Source: Macrostomum hystrix (Eukaryota > Animalia > Platyhelminthes). Taken from it: DNA of 64,000 bases. The DNA is taken from NCBI GenBank assembly GCA_950097015.1, contig CATNEN010000025.1, positions 8,804,001 to 8,868,000 of the forward strand, written 5' to 3'. Under the pieces are notes generated by a model, which was not told where the DNA came from, ran no database searches, and was given only the letters and a program-made list of their open reading frames with translations. Made by a program: the position numbers and the translations under genes. Positions 1 through 10,419 of this stretch are shown one piece after another. Positions within the stretch are counted from its first letter, which is position 1. Every line of letters begins with the position of its first letter.

Positions 1-551
1 AGAAGGTGAAAGATTTTGCCTCCAAGCTTCAACCTGTGGACTGTCTGCTAGTGATTGAAAATGTCCGGGTCTTCAGTGGCTCAACAAAGTGAGTAAATGA
101 GTGTTTGATGCCCGTTAGTTTTAGACTAACAGTTTTCAGTCACCTTTTAGGCAGTGTAGAAATATTAATTTACTGACAAAATCTGCTCGCTTGATGCTTA
201 ACAGTAGGACTACCAAGCCATTTTGCCGCCAGTTTTTATACCAAGGGAGAGAAACCCCTGAAACATTTTTTGGCAGCGCCTGAATGCTGGTGGTGACTGT
301 TTGATAGGCAATGGACTAGGCAATGGTGTACTGTGGTTGAGCTGCGCCTAATGTTTGGAGAAATTCGCGTCAGTGTGTCCACATTCGCCTATTTCCACCT
401 GTTGTAGCCATTGAAGGTCCAGCAAATCCGTCTAGATAAAGTTAGGTGACCACCGAAGACGGAGATGATGCAGGCACATTCGGGTGACATGCTGATCAAT
501 TTTGAAGGACTGGCAAGGCCGCACTGAGGCGCATTGCTAATTTGTGTATAG

Positions 552-2550
552 GTGCATGAAATACTCTAGCGCTTATGGGAGAATCCGACCTTCGGCAAGA
601 AACATTGAATATCTTGACGATCTGAAGAGCTGGCAACTAGGTTATTGTTTCCGATGATGCGCAACAAAAAGTTGACCCGTGTTTTGAAGTTTCGTGTGCT
701 TGCGTTGTTCCGTTCAGGTTAATTTTGCTGCTGGGGTAACTTCGCATTTGCCATGCCTTCAGATGACTCGTCATCTACAAGTGTAATTAACAAGATGAAA
801 TTGAATTTTACCATAAGGTACATGGCCCACGCGCTGCCGCACTACGTGAAACCCTACCTGGAGAGCCTAAATGGTGCCGAAGGATTAAAATCAGATTTTG
901 GCTACGACGAGTTAACTTCGCTATTCCGAGTGGTCTCATTCAATAGGGACACTGTTAAGGAGTCCTTTAGCGAAGCTCTAGGAGACCGGACACCGATGAT
1001 TCATCGGGTACTGAAGCTGCTGGAGGCTGCGCAATTTGATCGCTACCCTGATCCTCACAGGTAAGAATTCAACTTTCCAAAAGTATTTTTTTCTTCCCAA
1101 CATTCGTATTTTTCTTCCCCATATCTCATCTTTTCCCCCAAATCTCATCCTTTCCCCCAAATTCCATCCTTTTCCCCCAAATTCCATCCTTTTCCCATAA
1201 ATCTCATCCTTTCCCCCAAATCTCATCCTTTTCCCCCAAATCTCATCCTTTCCCCCAAATTCCATCCTTTTCCCCCAAATTCCATCCTTTTCCCATAAAT
1301 CTCATCCTTTCCCCCAAATCTCATCCTTTTCCCCCAAATCTCATCCTTTCCTCCCAAATCCCATCCTTTTTCCCCAAATCCCATCTTCCCCCAGATGCTT
1401 ATCATTCATCCCCAAATCCCATCCTATTCCTCAGATGCTTATCATTCATCCCCAAATCACATCCTATTCCTCAGATGCTTATCATTCATCCCCAAATCAC
1501 ATCCTATTCCTCAGATGCTTATCATTCATCCCCAAATCCCATCCTATTCCCCAGATGCTTATCATTCATCCCCAAATCCCATCCTATTCCCCAGATGCTT
1601 ATCATTCATCCCCAAATCCCATCCTATTCCTCAGATGCTTATCATTCATCCCCAAATCACATCCTATTCCTCAGATGCTTATCATTCATCCCCAAATCCC
1701 ATCCTATTCCTCAGATGCTTATCATTCATCCCCAAATCACATCCTATTCCTCAGATGCTTATCATTCATCCCCAAATCCCATCCTATTCCTCAGATGCTT
1801 ATCATTCATCCCCAAATCCCATCTCATGTCTCCCACAGGAAGGAGTGCGCCAGCTCCAGCCTGCTAGCCCAGCTGGTGTCCGAGGAGTTTGCCGCCCTGT
1901 CTGAATACAGAGCTGGACGATGTCAGTCAACGCGCCGACACGCCTGCCTGATCGTCCATAGTCGCCTCTCTCCAGACGGCCTGTCTGCGTTGGAGTCCGT
2001 TCTGAGCGCCCAGTCGGCCACACTGACCGTGCTGTCCCCTAGACTCAATCAGCAGCTAGACGAGCTCTACGAAAAGGTCAACGGCGCGGCGGGTTGCGTC
2101 GCCCTGGACGCCGTTCAACGCAGTCCCCGCTGGGAGCTGGTTCGCCTGCCGCCTGCTATTTTTGTTGCTAGCCATTCGCAGCATCAGCAGCCTCAGCAGC
2201 TTCAGCCGCATTACAATAGTCTTCAGCACACGCATCATTCAGATGTTCAGTTTCCTGATTCTCAGCTGCAGCAATTGCAACAGCAGCAGCAGCATCAGCA
2301 GCAGCAGCTGCCAATTCCTTCGCCGCGCATTCTATGGCAAGGCACTTTCGAGTTTACCAAATCCGCCACCAGAATGTCCTTCCAGCTGCCAGTTCGCTTC
2401 GTGGAGATTCTGTCGGCGCCTGATCAGCCGCCAAATCCTTGGAGCTTTCATCATTTTGAGCAGAACAAGCAAACCGCCAGTTGTGCAATTCTAAAGCCGG
2501 AACTTCATCCTACTGTCGAGGATCACTTTCGCAAATATCCCAGCTTGTAG
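552..2550 (+). CDS. 3' exons of an uncharacterised spliced gene (552-640, 763-1060, 1839-2550; a further upstream exon ends at 88); Gln-rich segment near the C-terminus
   Basis: AG/GT boundaries give phase-compatible joins (CTA G|AT GAC; CAC AG|G AAG) into one frame CMKYSSAYG...DDSSSTSV...DPHRKECASSS...QQQQ...RILWQGTFEF...YPSL*. No family recognised; exon structure between 89 and 551 not resolved. Confidence 0.65.
1121..1822. repeat. Intronic compound minisatellite: 18-19 bp units grading into ~11 copies of a 40-bp unit (also ~25865-26565 and ~56972-57673)
   Basis: ccccaaatctcatcctttt units, then cagatgcttatcattcatccccaaatcccatcctattcct tandem copies; this explains the MLIIHPQIPSY... ORFs. 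Confidence 0.95.
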
Positions 2551-2953
2551 AGTGCAGAATTACGGTACTATTTATTTTAACCAATCATGCGCTAACTACT
2601 CTACTGATCCGCTTAGTAGTATTTTTAGAAAATGCGAATTAGAAAACATACAAGTACAACATGTGATTCATTTTACCAAAAAATGAGAATCGAATCAATC
2701 AAAAATCATGTGACTACTATTAATAGTATCCAATCAATTTTTATGTCATAAGCAACCAGCGATCCCACCAATCATGTTACCCAAAATCAATCAAAAGGTC
2801 AAGAAAGCGATAATCCATCTTTTTGCGCTTCTACTAGTTTAGTTGTAAAAAGTCTAACCTCTCAAGTTGTCAAGCGTTGACCCAGACTTTTTGACAACAT
2901 TTTGACACCTGTACTTTAAACGCACTCATCGAACCCGAGAGGGTCCGATTCTC

Positions 2954-2961
2954 TATAAATA
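2954..2961 (+). promoter_or_regulatory. Candidate TATA box (tataaata) followed by a purine-rich leader and GTAAG donor-like sites
   Basis: ctctataaatacaagagc at 2951-2968; gtaag at ~3076 and ~3518. Function not established. Confidence 0.3.
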
Positions 2962-3727
2962 CAAGAGCTCCGAAGCGAGCCCAGATTCAGAGTCTCGCCG
3001 AGACGAGCAGAGTCTCGCAGAAAAGAGAAAACGGAGAGTCTGAAGTGGATTGGACTCCAGGTCCAAGACTTGTGGTAAGAGTTCCTTGATTTATCCTAAT
3101 TAATTAATTATTAATTAGTAAAGCTTTCTTGATCTAAGTTAAACCTCTCCGAGTAATCGTTAAACCAACGATTACAGCGTAATCACAGACGTGTGATTAT
3201 ATTGAATATATTACAAAGGGTGAGCGCGGCGAGCGCCAGACTCGAGGTAAAACCTACCAGGGCTGGTAAGAAGGAACACACTCCACAAGTGACTATTGGT
3301 TAACCGACATCAACGATAAATCAGAACCAGGAAGATACCACACCTGATTACTATTGGCCCAGTGTAACCGCAACCGAGACGAGGAGAATAGATTAAATTC
3401 TCTTGCCTTCAAACGATCCAGGTACCTGAAAGACAACCACAAGCCAAGCGCATCAAAGCACTCGAAGCCGGCCGCAAACAAACCAAGAGGACCAGAGAAC
3501 CACAAAAGCAAAGAAGGTAAGAACTAAAACTTCTGCTAAATTAGTATTAATTACTGGGGCACCCAGCAGTTGCTGGAAGTGATCAATTCCTAAAAGAGAA
3601 ACAAGGAACTTATCAAGCTTTTATCGGGTGCAAATTGTTCCCATCAATGGGGAAGATGTGCAGCACTTGTTGGACACTTTTGGATCCTGTGTGAGTCTTC
3701 AGAGCTTTAGTTCCAGCAACTAAGAGA

Positions 3728-4181
3728 GAGAGAGAGTAGGGTGAGGATATGAGAGAGTAGAGTGAGGATATGAGAGAGTAGGGTGACGATATGAGAGAGT
3801 AGGGTGAGGATATGAGAGAGTAGGGTGAGGATATGAGAGAGTAGGGTGAGGATTTGAGAGAGTAGGGTGAGGATATGAGAGAGTAGGGTAAGGATATGAG
3901 AGAGTAGGGTGAGGATATGCGAGAGTAGGGTGAGGATATGAGAGAGTAGGGTGAGGATATGAGAGAGTAGTGTGAGGATATGAGAGAGTAGGGTGAGGAT
4001 ATGCGAGAGTAGGGTGAGGATATGAGAGAGTAGGGTGAGGATATGAGAGAGTAGTGTGAGGATATGAGAGAGTAGGGTGAGGATATGAGAGAGTAGAGTG
4101 AGGATATGAGAGAGTAGGGTGAGGATATGAGAGAGTAGGGTGAGGATATGAGAGAGTAGGGTGAGGATATGAGAGAGTAGA
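3728..4181. repeat. 21-bp minisatellite, ~21 copies (also ~28471-28924 and ~59579-60032)
   Basis: (gagagagtagggtgaggatat)n, followed by short (agttttctttcctga)-type repeats. Confidence 0.95.
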
Positions 4182-4479
4182 GTTTCTTTCCTGAAGTTTT
4201 CTTTCCTGAAGTTTTCTTTCCTAAAGTTTTCTTTCCAGAGTTTCTCTTTCCTAAACCACTTGGTGCCCACCCACCCACCTGTCTAATTAACCTGGCTGCC
4301 CACATAACTGTCTAATTAACCTGGCTGCCCACATAACTGTCTAATTAACCTGCCCACCCACTTGACTTACTTGACTTAGCGGCAGGGGGCCTCCATGACG
4401 GACGCAGCGAGGAGGCGGCTGTTGCCGCCCATATCGCTAACCCCTGGCAGCCAGACGGCCTCCAGCGAGGCGGTGCCGC

Positions 4480-7400
4480 TCAGGGTGGTCCGTCGGTCGG
4501 TTCCGCCGCGCGATCTTCCTCGCCATAGGCTGGGAAGAAATCAGCTCGGCCGGTATCCCGGAGGAAGTGGGCGAGCTGAGGGATGTTCTCGGGCGAGCAG
4601 GCTTCGGCAAGAGTCGGTGCCGGCCCGAGGTGTTTTAGCCTAGCCCGGGTGAAGGCCGGGCAGTGGCAAATGAAATGCTCGGCGTTTTCACGGCCGGAGC
4701 AGCAGAAAGGACACGTTTCCTCAGGCACGTGGCCTTGGAGGTAGCGGTGTCTGGTGAAGCAGCCATGTCCCGAAAGGGCCATGGTGACTGCTCTCAGGTC
4801 TCTGCGGTTTAGCCTGAGTAAGGCCTTACGCAGGTTACTAGAGGGGGTTGGCACCGCAGCCCTGGACTGGCGACAGTTCAGGGTGCTGGACCACCTCCTC
4901 CGGTGCTGGGTCTCCATCCAGTGGTTGATGCTGGAGTTGACAACGGAGGCGGGGATCGGGGATTCCGGGCCCGGGCCCATCAGGGAGCTGGCTGCTCCAG
5001 CCTTTGCAAGCTCGTCCGCCATCTCATTCCCTGTGAGCCCGGCGTGCCCAGGGATCCACATCAGCTCCACCTTGTTAGACTGCGCCAAACCGTTTAACTG
5101 GGTGTTGCAGTCCAAGGTGGTTCTGGAGCGAGAGGTGCAGCGACTGAGGGCCTTGAGGGCTGCTTGACTGTCGGAGTGAAAAAAGATCCTCCGACCAGCC
5201 AGCTGCCTCTGGCGCAGCTCAGCCGCACAGAAGCTGATGGCGAGCATTTCGTTTTGGAAAACGCTTGAGCTCTTGCCACAGTGTTGGGAGTGGGTCCAGA
5301 GGACCTCGCCACCCGAGGCGACGCACACCCCGAATCCCGATTTACCGTTCATCAGGGAGCCGTCAGTGTAACAGTGGACTGCGGGGTCATCCCAGCAGTC
5401 CTTTACCTCATTACGAGGGAAGATGCTGACTTTGTACCTGTGGCTCCGGAGTAAAGTGGCCGGGGCCCCGTCCGAAAGGATGGTGAGCCCTCCGCACTCG
5501 CCCAGAGTTTTCAGGCAGAGGTCAGAGTGGGGCAGAAGGGAGCGCTTCGAGAAGGCTCGCGAATTCTGGAAGGATACACCCGCATCAAGGAGACGACGGG
5601 TGGACTTTGCCGCTTCCCCCTTAACAAAAATGTCAATGGGTGTAGCGTTGAGGAAAGCGTTCATGCCTTCAAAGGGAGTGGAGGGTGGGGCGCCCAGCGT
5701 CATGCGACAGGCTCTGCCCTGCACCCTATAAAGCGCCTCCAGGTTTTTCTGGATGCTCATGGCACTGGCCCAGATGAGGCCAGCGTAAGCGACTGACGGT
5801 CTAATGATCGCCGTGTAAATCCACCAAAGGTTTTTGGGGGTTAGCCCCCAAGTGGTGCCCACGGCTCGCCTGACTTGCGCCAGAATGGCCAGGGCCCTCT
5901 TGGCCTTTGTGGTAATGTGCGGGGTCCAGTTAAGCCTATGGTCTAGCAGGATACCAAGGCACCGGACCTGCTTTTCCATGGCAATATTCTTGCCATAGAG
6001 AGTCAGAGGCTCAATGGTCCAGCGCAGCCTGCTGGTAAACATAACCGCAACGGTCTTGGACTCAGAGAGTCGGAGCCCGCATTGGTCCGCCCAGCGCACC
6101 GCCCTGTTGATAAAGCCCTGAATGAGGTCCCTGGTGGTTTCCGCCGAGGGGCCCGCGCAGATGGCGGTCACATCGTCGGCATATCCCACCTTCAGGACTG
6201 GGTCAGGCCGAGTGCTTTTTAGCAGCTCATCCATGACGAGATTCCACAGCAGTGGGGTGAGGACGCCACCTTGGGGCCCTCCTTTTAGGACAGGTGCCGA
6301 GAGCACCCTGCCTTCGAGGTGGGCCACCACGTGGCGATTCCGGATCATGTACATGACCCAACGGACGAGGTGGGGGTGAGTGGCCCTGGAAACCAGGGCC
6401 TTCTCAAAGGCTTCGAAAATAACGTTATCGAAGGCCCCCTCAATATCAAGGAAAACAGCCAGGGCAAAACCGCTGCCCAGCACTGCCTTCTCGAGAGTCT
6501 CCACAATGCAGTGGAGGGCGCTCTCCGTGGACCGGCCCGCCCGAAAGGCGTGCTGGTTTGGTGAGAGCGGGGCCCGCCCTAGCTCTACAGTAAGAAGGCG
6601 CCAGAGCACCAGTCTTTCCATGAGCTTGAGGCAGGTGGAAGTCAAGCTTATCGGGCGATAAGACTTGACCGAGCGATAGTCGCCTTTGGCGGGCTTCGGG
6701 ATGAAGACGACCCGGGCTTCATGCCACCGCGCTGGTACGTAGCCCAGCACGATGCAGGCCCGTAGAAGTCTGCAGAGGAGATGGAGGAAGCGGCCATTTT
6801 TAACCGCTTCATGCAGAAAGGCCGGATATATACCATCTGGCCCAGGTGCTTTAAAAGGATTGAATGACTTAGCCGCGCGAACGATGCGGTCATTCGTAAC
6901 GAGTGACTGAGCCAGGCCCTGACCTCCACGCGAGTGGTAGTCTGGGCCGAAGTGCGCCGGTACACTCGGGAAGAAATGCCCTAGCATAAGCTCGAGCGTT
7001 TCCTCCGGGCGCTCAGTGATCGAGCCGTCCGGCTTTTTAATCGATGAGAGCTTGGAGAAGCGGTCGTTGGTGAGCGCCTTTACCACGCGGGCCGTGGGCC
7101 GCGAGCCCTCAAGCCCTTCGCAGTATTGTCGCCACTTGTCCGCTTTTGCCCTTCTGACCCGGCCCTTAAACTCATGGATGGCGCGAGTATAGGCCTCTTT
7201 GTCATCAGGGTCGTGCGAGGTTTTCAGCTTCCTCTGGAGAGCCTTAGCTCGGCGTCTTAGGACTCCGAGCTCGGGGTTCCACCAGGGGGCCGATTTTTTG
7301 CCTTTGTAGGCTTTGAGCGGGCAAGCCATTTCGTAGGCCTCTGTGATGGCGCCGCCCAGCAGGGCAGCCACTCCATCCAGGTCCTGCGTGGTTTCCATGG

Positions 7401-8184
7401 CCATGGAGGGGTCAGAATCCCGAAGGCCCTCATGCAGCTTTTGGCTGAACGCGGGCCAGTCGGTATTTCTGACATTACGCCTCCAAATAGGCTTTTGCTT
7501 CTTATCGGGGGTGCCGATGTTGAAACGGATGAAACGGTGGTCCGAGAGCGAGCTTTCGGTCTCCCACACCTCCCACCCCAGCACCCTTGGGAGGATGCCG
7601 GGTGAGGCCAGGGTGACGTCAAGCACCTCAGCCCACCGCCCATTGTCGAAAGTGGGCGTGTTGCCCACATTGCAGAAGTTTAGAGGCGTGCCGCTGACGA
7701 AGGCCAGGAGCTCTTCGCCGCGGTCATTGATTTTTGAGCTACCCCAGTGGGTGTGATGCGAGTTTACATCTCCCGCGAGGAGCAGCTCGAAGTTTCGTGC
7801 CCTGGCGAATTCACAGAGGGCGACGAGGGTATCGCTAACCACGGGGGCGTCGCCTGCCAGGTAGGCGGATGCCACGAGGGTCAACTTGTTAGGCACAATG
7901 TGTGCAGATTGGATGACGCAGATGTCCCCGTTAGAGAGATCGGGTCTCATCCACGCATTTAAGGCTTTTGCGGCATAGATCAGTGATCTAGGGCGGACAG
8001 AGTCTGCCATGCAGAAGCAGTCATAGCCAGCAGGAATGTTGCTTGGCTTGTTCTTTGATAGCCAGGGCTCCTGCACAAGTACAAGGCCCGGCATCATGCG
8101 CTCTGTCGTGCGCATCAGATTGACTGATGCTGCCACGCAGTGCTGGGTGTTAACTTGCAGACATGATATTCCGGGGATCATCAT
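4480..8184 (-). CDS. LINE ORF2: apurinic endonuclease - reverse transcriptase - RNase H - CCHC knuckle (1234 aa, intact)
   Basis: APE motifs LQVN, VQEPW, GDVNSHH, SDHRFI; RT motifs [34 protein letters not shown]; RNase H motifs [31 protein letters not shown]; C-terminal CPFC...EHFICHC. Confidence 0.97.
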   Translation of the reverse strand: MMIPGISCLQVNTQHCVAASVNLMRTTERMMPGLVLVQEPWLSKNKPSNIPAGYDCFCMADSVRPRSLIYAAKALNAWMRPDLSNGDICVIQSAHIVPNKLTLVASAYLAGDAPVVSDTLVALCEFARARNFELLLAGDVNSHHTHWGSSKINDRGEELLAFVSGTPLNFCNVGNTPTFDNGRWAEVLDVTLASPGILPRVLGWEVWETESSLSDHRFIRFNIGTPDKKQKPIWRRNVRNTDWPAFSQKLHEGLRDSDPSMAMETTQDLDGVAALLGGAITEAYEMACPLKAYKGKKSAPWWNPELGVLRRRAKALQRKLKTSHDPDDKEAYTRAIHEFKGRVRRAKADKWRQYCEGLEGSRPTARVVKALTNDRFSKLSSIKKPDGSITERPEETLELMLGHFFPSVPAHFGPDYHSRGGQGLAQSLVTNDRIVRAAKSFNPFKAPGPDGIYPAFLHEAVKNGRFLHLLCRLLRACIVLGYVPARWHEARVVFIPKPAKGDYRSVKSYRPISLTSTCLKLMERLVLWRLLTVELGRAPLSPNQHAFRAGRSTESALHCIVETLEKAVLGSGFALAVFLDIEGAFDNVIFEAFEKALVSRATHPHLVRWVMYMIRNRHVVAHLEGRVLSAPVLKGGPQGGVLTPLLWNLVMDELLKSTRPDPVLKVGYADDVTAICAGPSAETTRDLIQGFINRAVRWADQCGLRLSESKTVAVMFTSRLRWTIEPLTLYGKNIAMEKQVRCLGILLDHRLNWTPHITTKAKRALAILAQVRRAVGTTWGLTPKNLWWIYTAIIRPSVAYAGLIWASAMSIQKNLEALYRVQGRACRMTLGAPPSTPFEGMNAFLNATPIDIFVKGEAAKSTRRLLDAGVSFQNSRAFSKRSLLPHSDLCLKTLGECGGLTILSDGAPATLLRSHRYKVSIFPRNEVKDCWDDPAVHCYTDGSLMNGKSGFGVCVASGGEVLWTHSQHCGKSSSVFQNEMLAISFCAAELRQRQLAGRRIFFHSDSQAALKALSRCTSRSRTTLDCNTQLNGLAQSNKVELMWIPGHAGLTGNEMADELAKAGAASSLMGPGPESPIPASVVNSSINHWMETQHRRRWSSTLNCRQSRAAVPTPSSNLRKALLRLNRRDLRAVTMALSGHGCFTRHRYLQGHVPEETCPFCCSGRENAEHFICHCPAFTRARLKHLGPAPTLAEACSPENIPQLAHFLRDTGRADFFPAYGEEDRAAEPTDGPP

Positions 8185-8196
8185 GCAGGCAGAGGT

Positions 8197-9744
8197 CTAC
8201 TTGGAGGGGGACCCAGCCAGAAGGCGGTCCTCCTCCTCCGGGTCGATGTCGGTAGCCATGGGCTCCTCCGTGCCCAGGCCCCGAGCCGGAGACGGGAACT
8301 CGACGGCGTCAGCCGCCCAGTCCCCGCCCCCGGCCCCGAGCCCAGGCCCAGAGTCGCCCTCAACTGGAGCCGACACCGCTCCCTGGGCCGTGGGAGGGGC
8401 GCTCGAAGGGCCCTGCTCGATGGAGCTGGGCACCTCTGAGGCCTCCCCCGTAGCCCTTGGTTGCGGCGCCTGCCCCGGTGGGCCACCGCGCATCTCAGCG
8501 CGCAGCTGGGCCATCTTGGCGGTTCGCACCACCTCGGAGGCCCGCTGGAGAAGGCCCCGGCGCTTTGTGACACGCGCGGGGCGACGCTCAGAGCTGCCAG
8601 CGATGGCACGCTCTGGCCTTTTTTGGCGGGACGACTGGGCCCTGCCCCCAGTCCCAGCCTTGGGGTCCGAGGACCCTTCATTGGCCGGTACGGTGGTGGG
8701 CCCGGTCTGACCTCGGGTTTTATCCGCCTCGAAGGCGAAGATTTTGGTCTTCCACAGACCAATGCAAATGTTGGCGCCATCTGGGTAGCGGCGTGTCCAT
8801 TGCTCGGACAGGCCCAGAATGGCGGTGAAACCGGTGCCGTCGGGGCGCAGGATCGTGCGGTGCACGATCAGGCCCGCTGTCGGCAGCTCCCGGTTCATCG
8901 CGATGAGGCCCCTGCGGAGGTCCTCAGCGCTGGTGACGACACTTTTCGCCGGGACGAAGATACGGTGTCGCTTGGTCTTTGGTGGCTCGTTCTCCCGTAG
9001 GAACTCGAGGCCAGCCGCCCAGCTCTGCGTGGGCAGCAACTCGAGGAGCCGCCGCCCCGATTCCGCATCGCCGGGCCAGACGACGAAGCACGATTCCCTG
9101 GTAGCGCTTGCGCCGACCGCCAGGGGCTCGCCCTTCAGTTGAAGTTGCCACAACATAGCATCTATGTTGCGGCAAATGTCGCTGAGCTGTTCGCTGCTCA
9201 GCCTTTTCCCGTCTCTGCCGGTGATGATGACGGCAGGTTGCCTACGTGCGATGGCGGCGTAGGTAGCTTGTGGTCCCGGGCCCTGTCCGGTGGCGTCCCC
9301 ACCCTCGGGATCTGCGTCGGCGGTGGGCACAGGGCCCTCCGCCTCCGCTTCTCCTTCGGGCCGGGCAGCCGTCCGGATGGGCGCCGGGCCCTCCTTGGCC
9401 CGCGACCCTGGCCTCGGGGCGTCGTGGGCTCCGCCCCGTGCAGGAGCCTGGGCAGGAGGCACAAGGCCCCCCGCCCCAGCCCCCGCCCTAGGCAGAGCCC
9501 CTTCGGCCCCTCTGGCCTGGGCCTGGTCCTTGGTCAATGGAGCCGACGTGCCGTGGGCCAGCATGCGCCTACGGCGTTTTGCCGCTCCAGAGGTGGTGGA
9601 GCGCTTAGCGCCCCGGTCATCGCGCGAGTTGGGCAGCGCGGCATTTGTGGCGGTCGCGGGGCCAGCTAGCCCGGGCGCCGCAGCGTGTATGGCCTCAGGC
9701 ACCATGGTGTCCTCGGCCGGAGCAGTTGAAGGGCTAGAAGCCAT
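8197..9744 (-). CDS. LINE ORF1 (gag-like, low-complexity termini; first ATG at 9744)
   Basis: Long ORF immediately 5' of ORF2; structured core (PAVIITG...KRHRIFVP...FTAILG) reminiscent of LOA-clade ORF1 (DUF4780-like, inference); no CCHC knuckle seen. Confidence 0.85.
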   Translation of the reverse strand: MASSPSTAPAEDTMVPEAIHAAAPGLAGPATATNAALPNSRDDRGAKRSTTSGAAKRRRRMLAHGTSAPLTKDQAQARGAEGALPRAGAGAGGLVPPAQAPARGGAHDAPRPGSRAKEGPAPIRTAARPEGEAEAEGPVPTADADPEGGDATGQGPGPQATYAAIARRQPAVIITGRDGKRLSSEQLSDICRNIDAMLWQLQLKGEPLAVGASATRESCFVVWPGDAESGRRLLELLPTQSWAAGLEFLRENEPPKTKRHRIFVPAKSVVTSAEDLRRGLIAMNRELPTAGLIVHRTILRPDGTGFTAILGLSEQWTRRYPDGANICIGLWKTKIFAFEADKTRGQTGPTTVPANEGSSDPKAGTGGRAQSSRQKRPERAIAGSSERRPARVTKRRGLLQRASEVVRTAKMAQLRAEMRGGPPGQAPQPRATGEASEVPSSIEQGPSSAPPTAQGAVSAPVEGDSGPGLGAGGGDWAADAVEFPSPARGLGTEEPMATDIDPEEEDRLLAGSPSK

Positions 9745-10173
9745 TGAAAGCTGCAATGAAGAGAGGGGCTTCCTGTAGACACAGGCAGGAATAACCCGCT
9801 CAGCCGCGATCCCAAAACTGAGCGGGGGCAGCCAAAAAAGACAAGTTACAACCCGGGGTGGGATGCCAGGACCACCGGGAGGAACCGTAAGAGACCAGAC
9901 TACTCCCTGGCCAAGCGTCCATCAGCACGGTCAACACTGGGACATTGGAGGGTGCCATTGAGCCGGCGCCGAGGCCTGCGGGCTGGCCGCAAACCCTGTT
10001 AAGGTCAAAGGGTGACACCTGTCCCTCAGGGCCGTAGCCAGAGGTACCTGATCACGCACAGGTGCACGAAAATTGCGGACAAGCCACATACCCTGTTAAG
10101 GTCAAAGGGTGACACCTTTCCCTCCAGCCGGGGCTAGAGGTACCCAGTTTGGCCGGAGGCCCTGGATGGGTCA

Positions 10174-10278
10174 TCCAGCGCTGTTGCCCATTCTGTCCGG
10201 CTGCCCTAGGGTCAGCCTTGAACACTCGCGGGACGTGTACCCATGGGTCAGCTGACGGGACAGCGTTGGAGGGATTCC
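10174..10278 (-). ncRNA. Candidate HDV-like (CPEB3-type) ribozyme fold at the LINE 5' end, P1 5' strand not found (also 34918-35022)
   Basis: Minus strand: P2 UG[A]CCCAU/AUGGGCA, P3 GGG/CCC, L3 UACACGU, P1' GCGAGU, P1.1 AC/GU, P4 GGCUG..CAGCC hairpin, J4/2 CAGA. Folded by hand only. Confidence 0.5.
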
Positions 10279-10419
10279 TGCCCACCCACCCACCTGTCTA
10301 ATTAACCTGGCTGCCCACATAACTGTCTAATTAACCTGGCTGCCCACATAACTGTCTAATTAACCTGATTTATCTATCTAATCAACTTAGCTACCCACCC
10401 ACTTACCTATCTACTTGCA

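Larger units (their letters stand above)
4353..10278 (-). mobile_element. Non-LTR retrotransposon (LINE), LOA/I-group-like with RNase H, near full length, copy 1
   Basis: Two ORFs, ~0.5 kb 5'UTR, 3' tail of aagtc/aagt and tggg repeats; bounded by identical 89-bp direct repeats 4264-4352 and 10279-10367. Clade assignment inferred from domain order. Confidence 0.93.

Noticed and set aside
978-1904. ORFs MEFGGKDEIW... and MLIIHPQIPSY... on both strands (and their copies)
   Set aside because: Translations of an intronic minisatellite; the true exon resumes at acceptor 1839.
3613-4305. SHILTLL / SPYSLIS repeat ORFs
   Set aside because: Produced by a 21-bp tandem repeat; no unique coding flanks or splice support.
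4754-9778. Many short plus-strand and alternative-frame ORFs over the LINE
   Set aside because: Shadow ORFs of GC-rich ORF1/ORF2 with no recognisable motifs.
9993-10144. Hammerhead, twister or pistol ribozyme assignment for the duplicated UTR motif
   Set aside because: Conserved catalytic cores and element order do not match; kept only as an unassigned structured motif.
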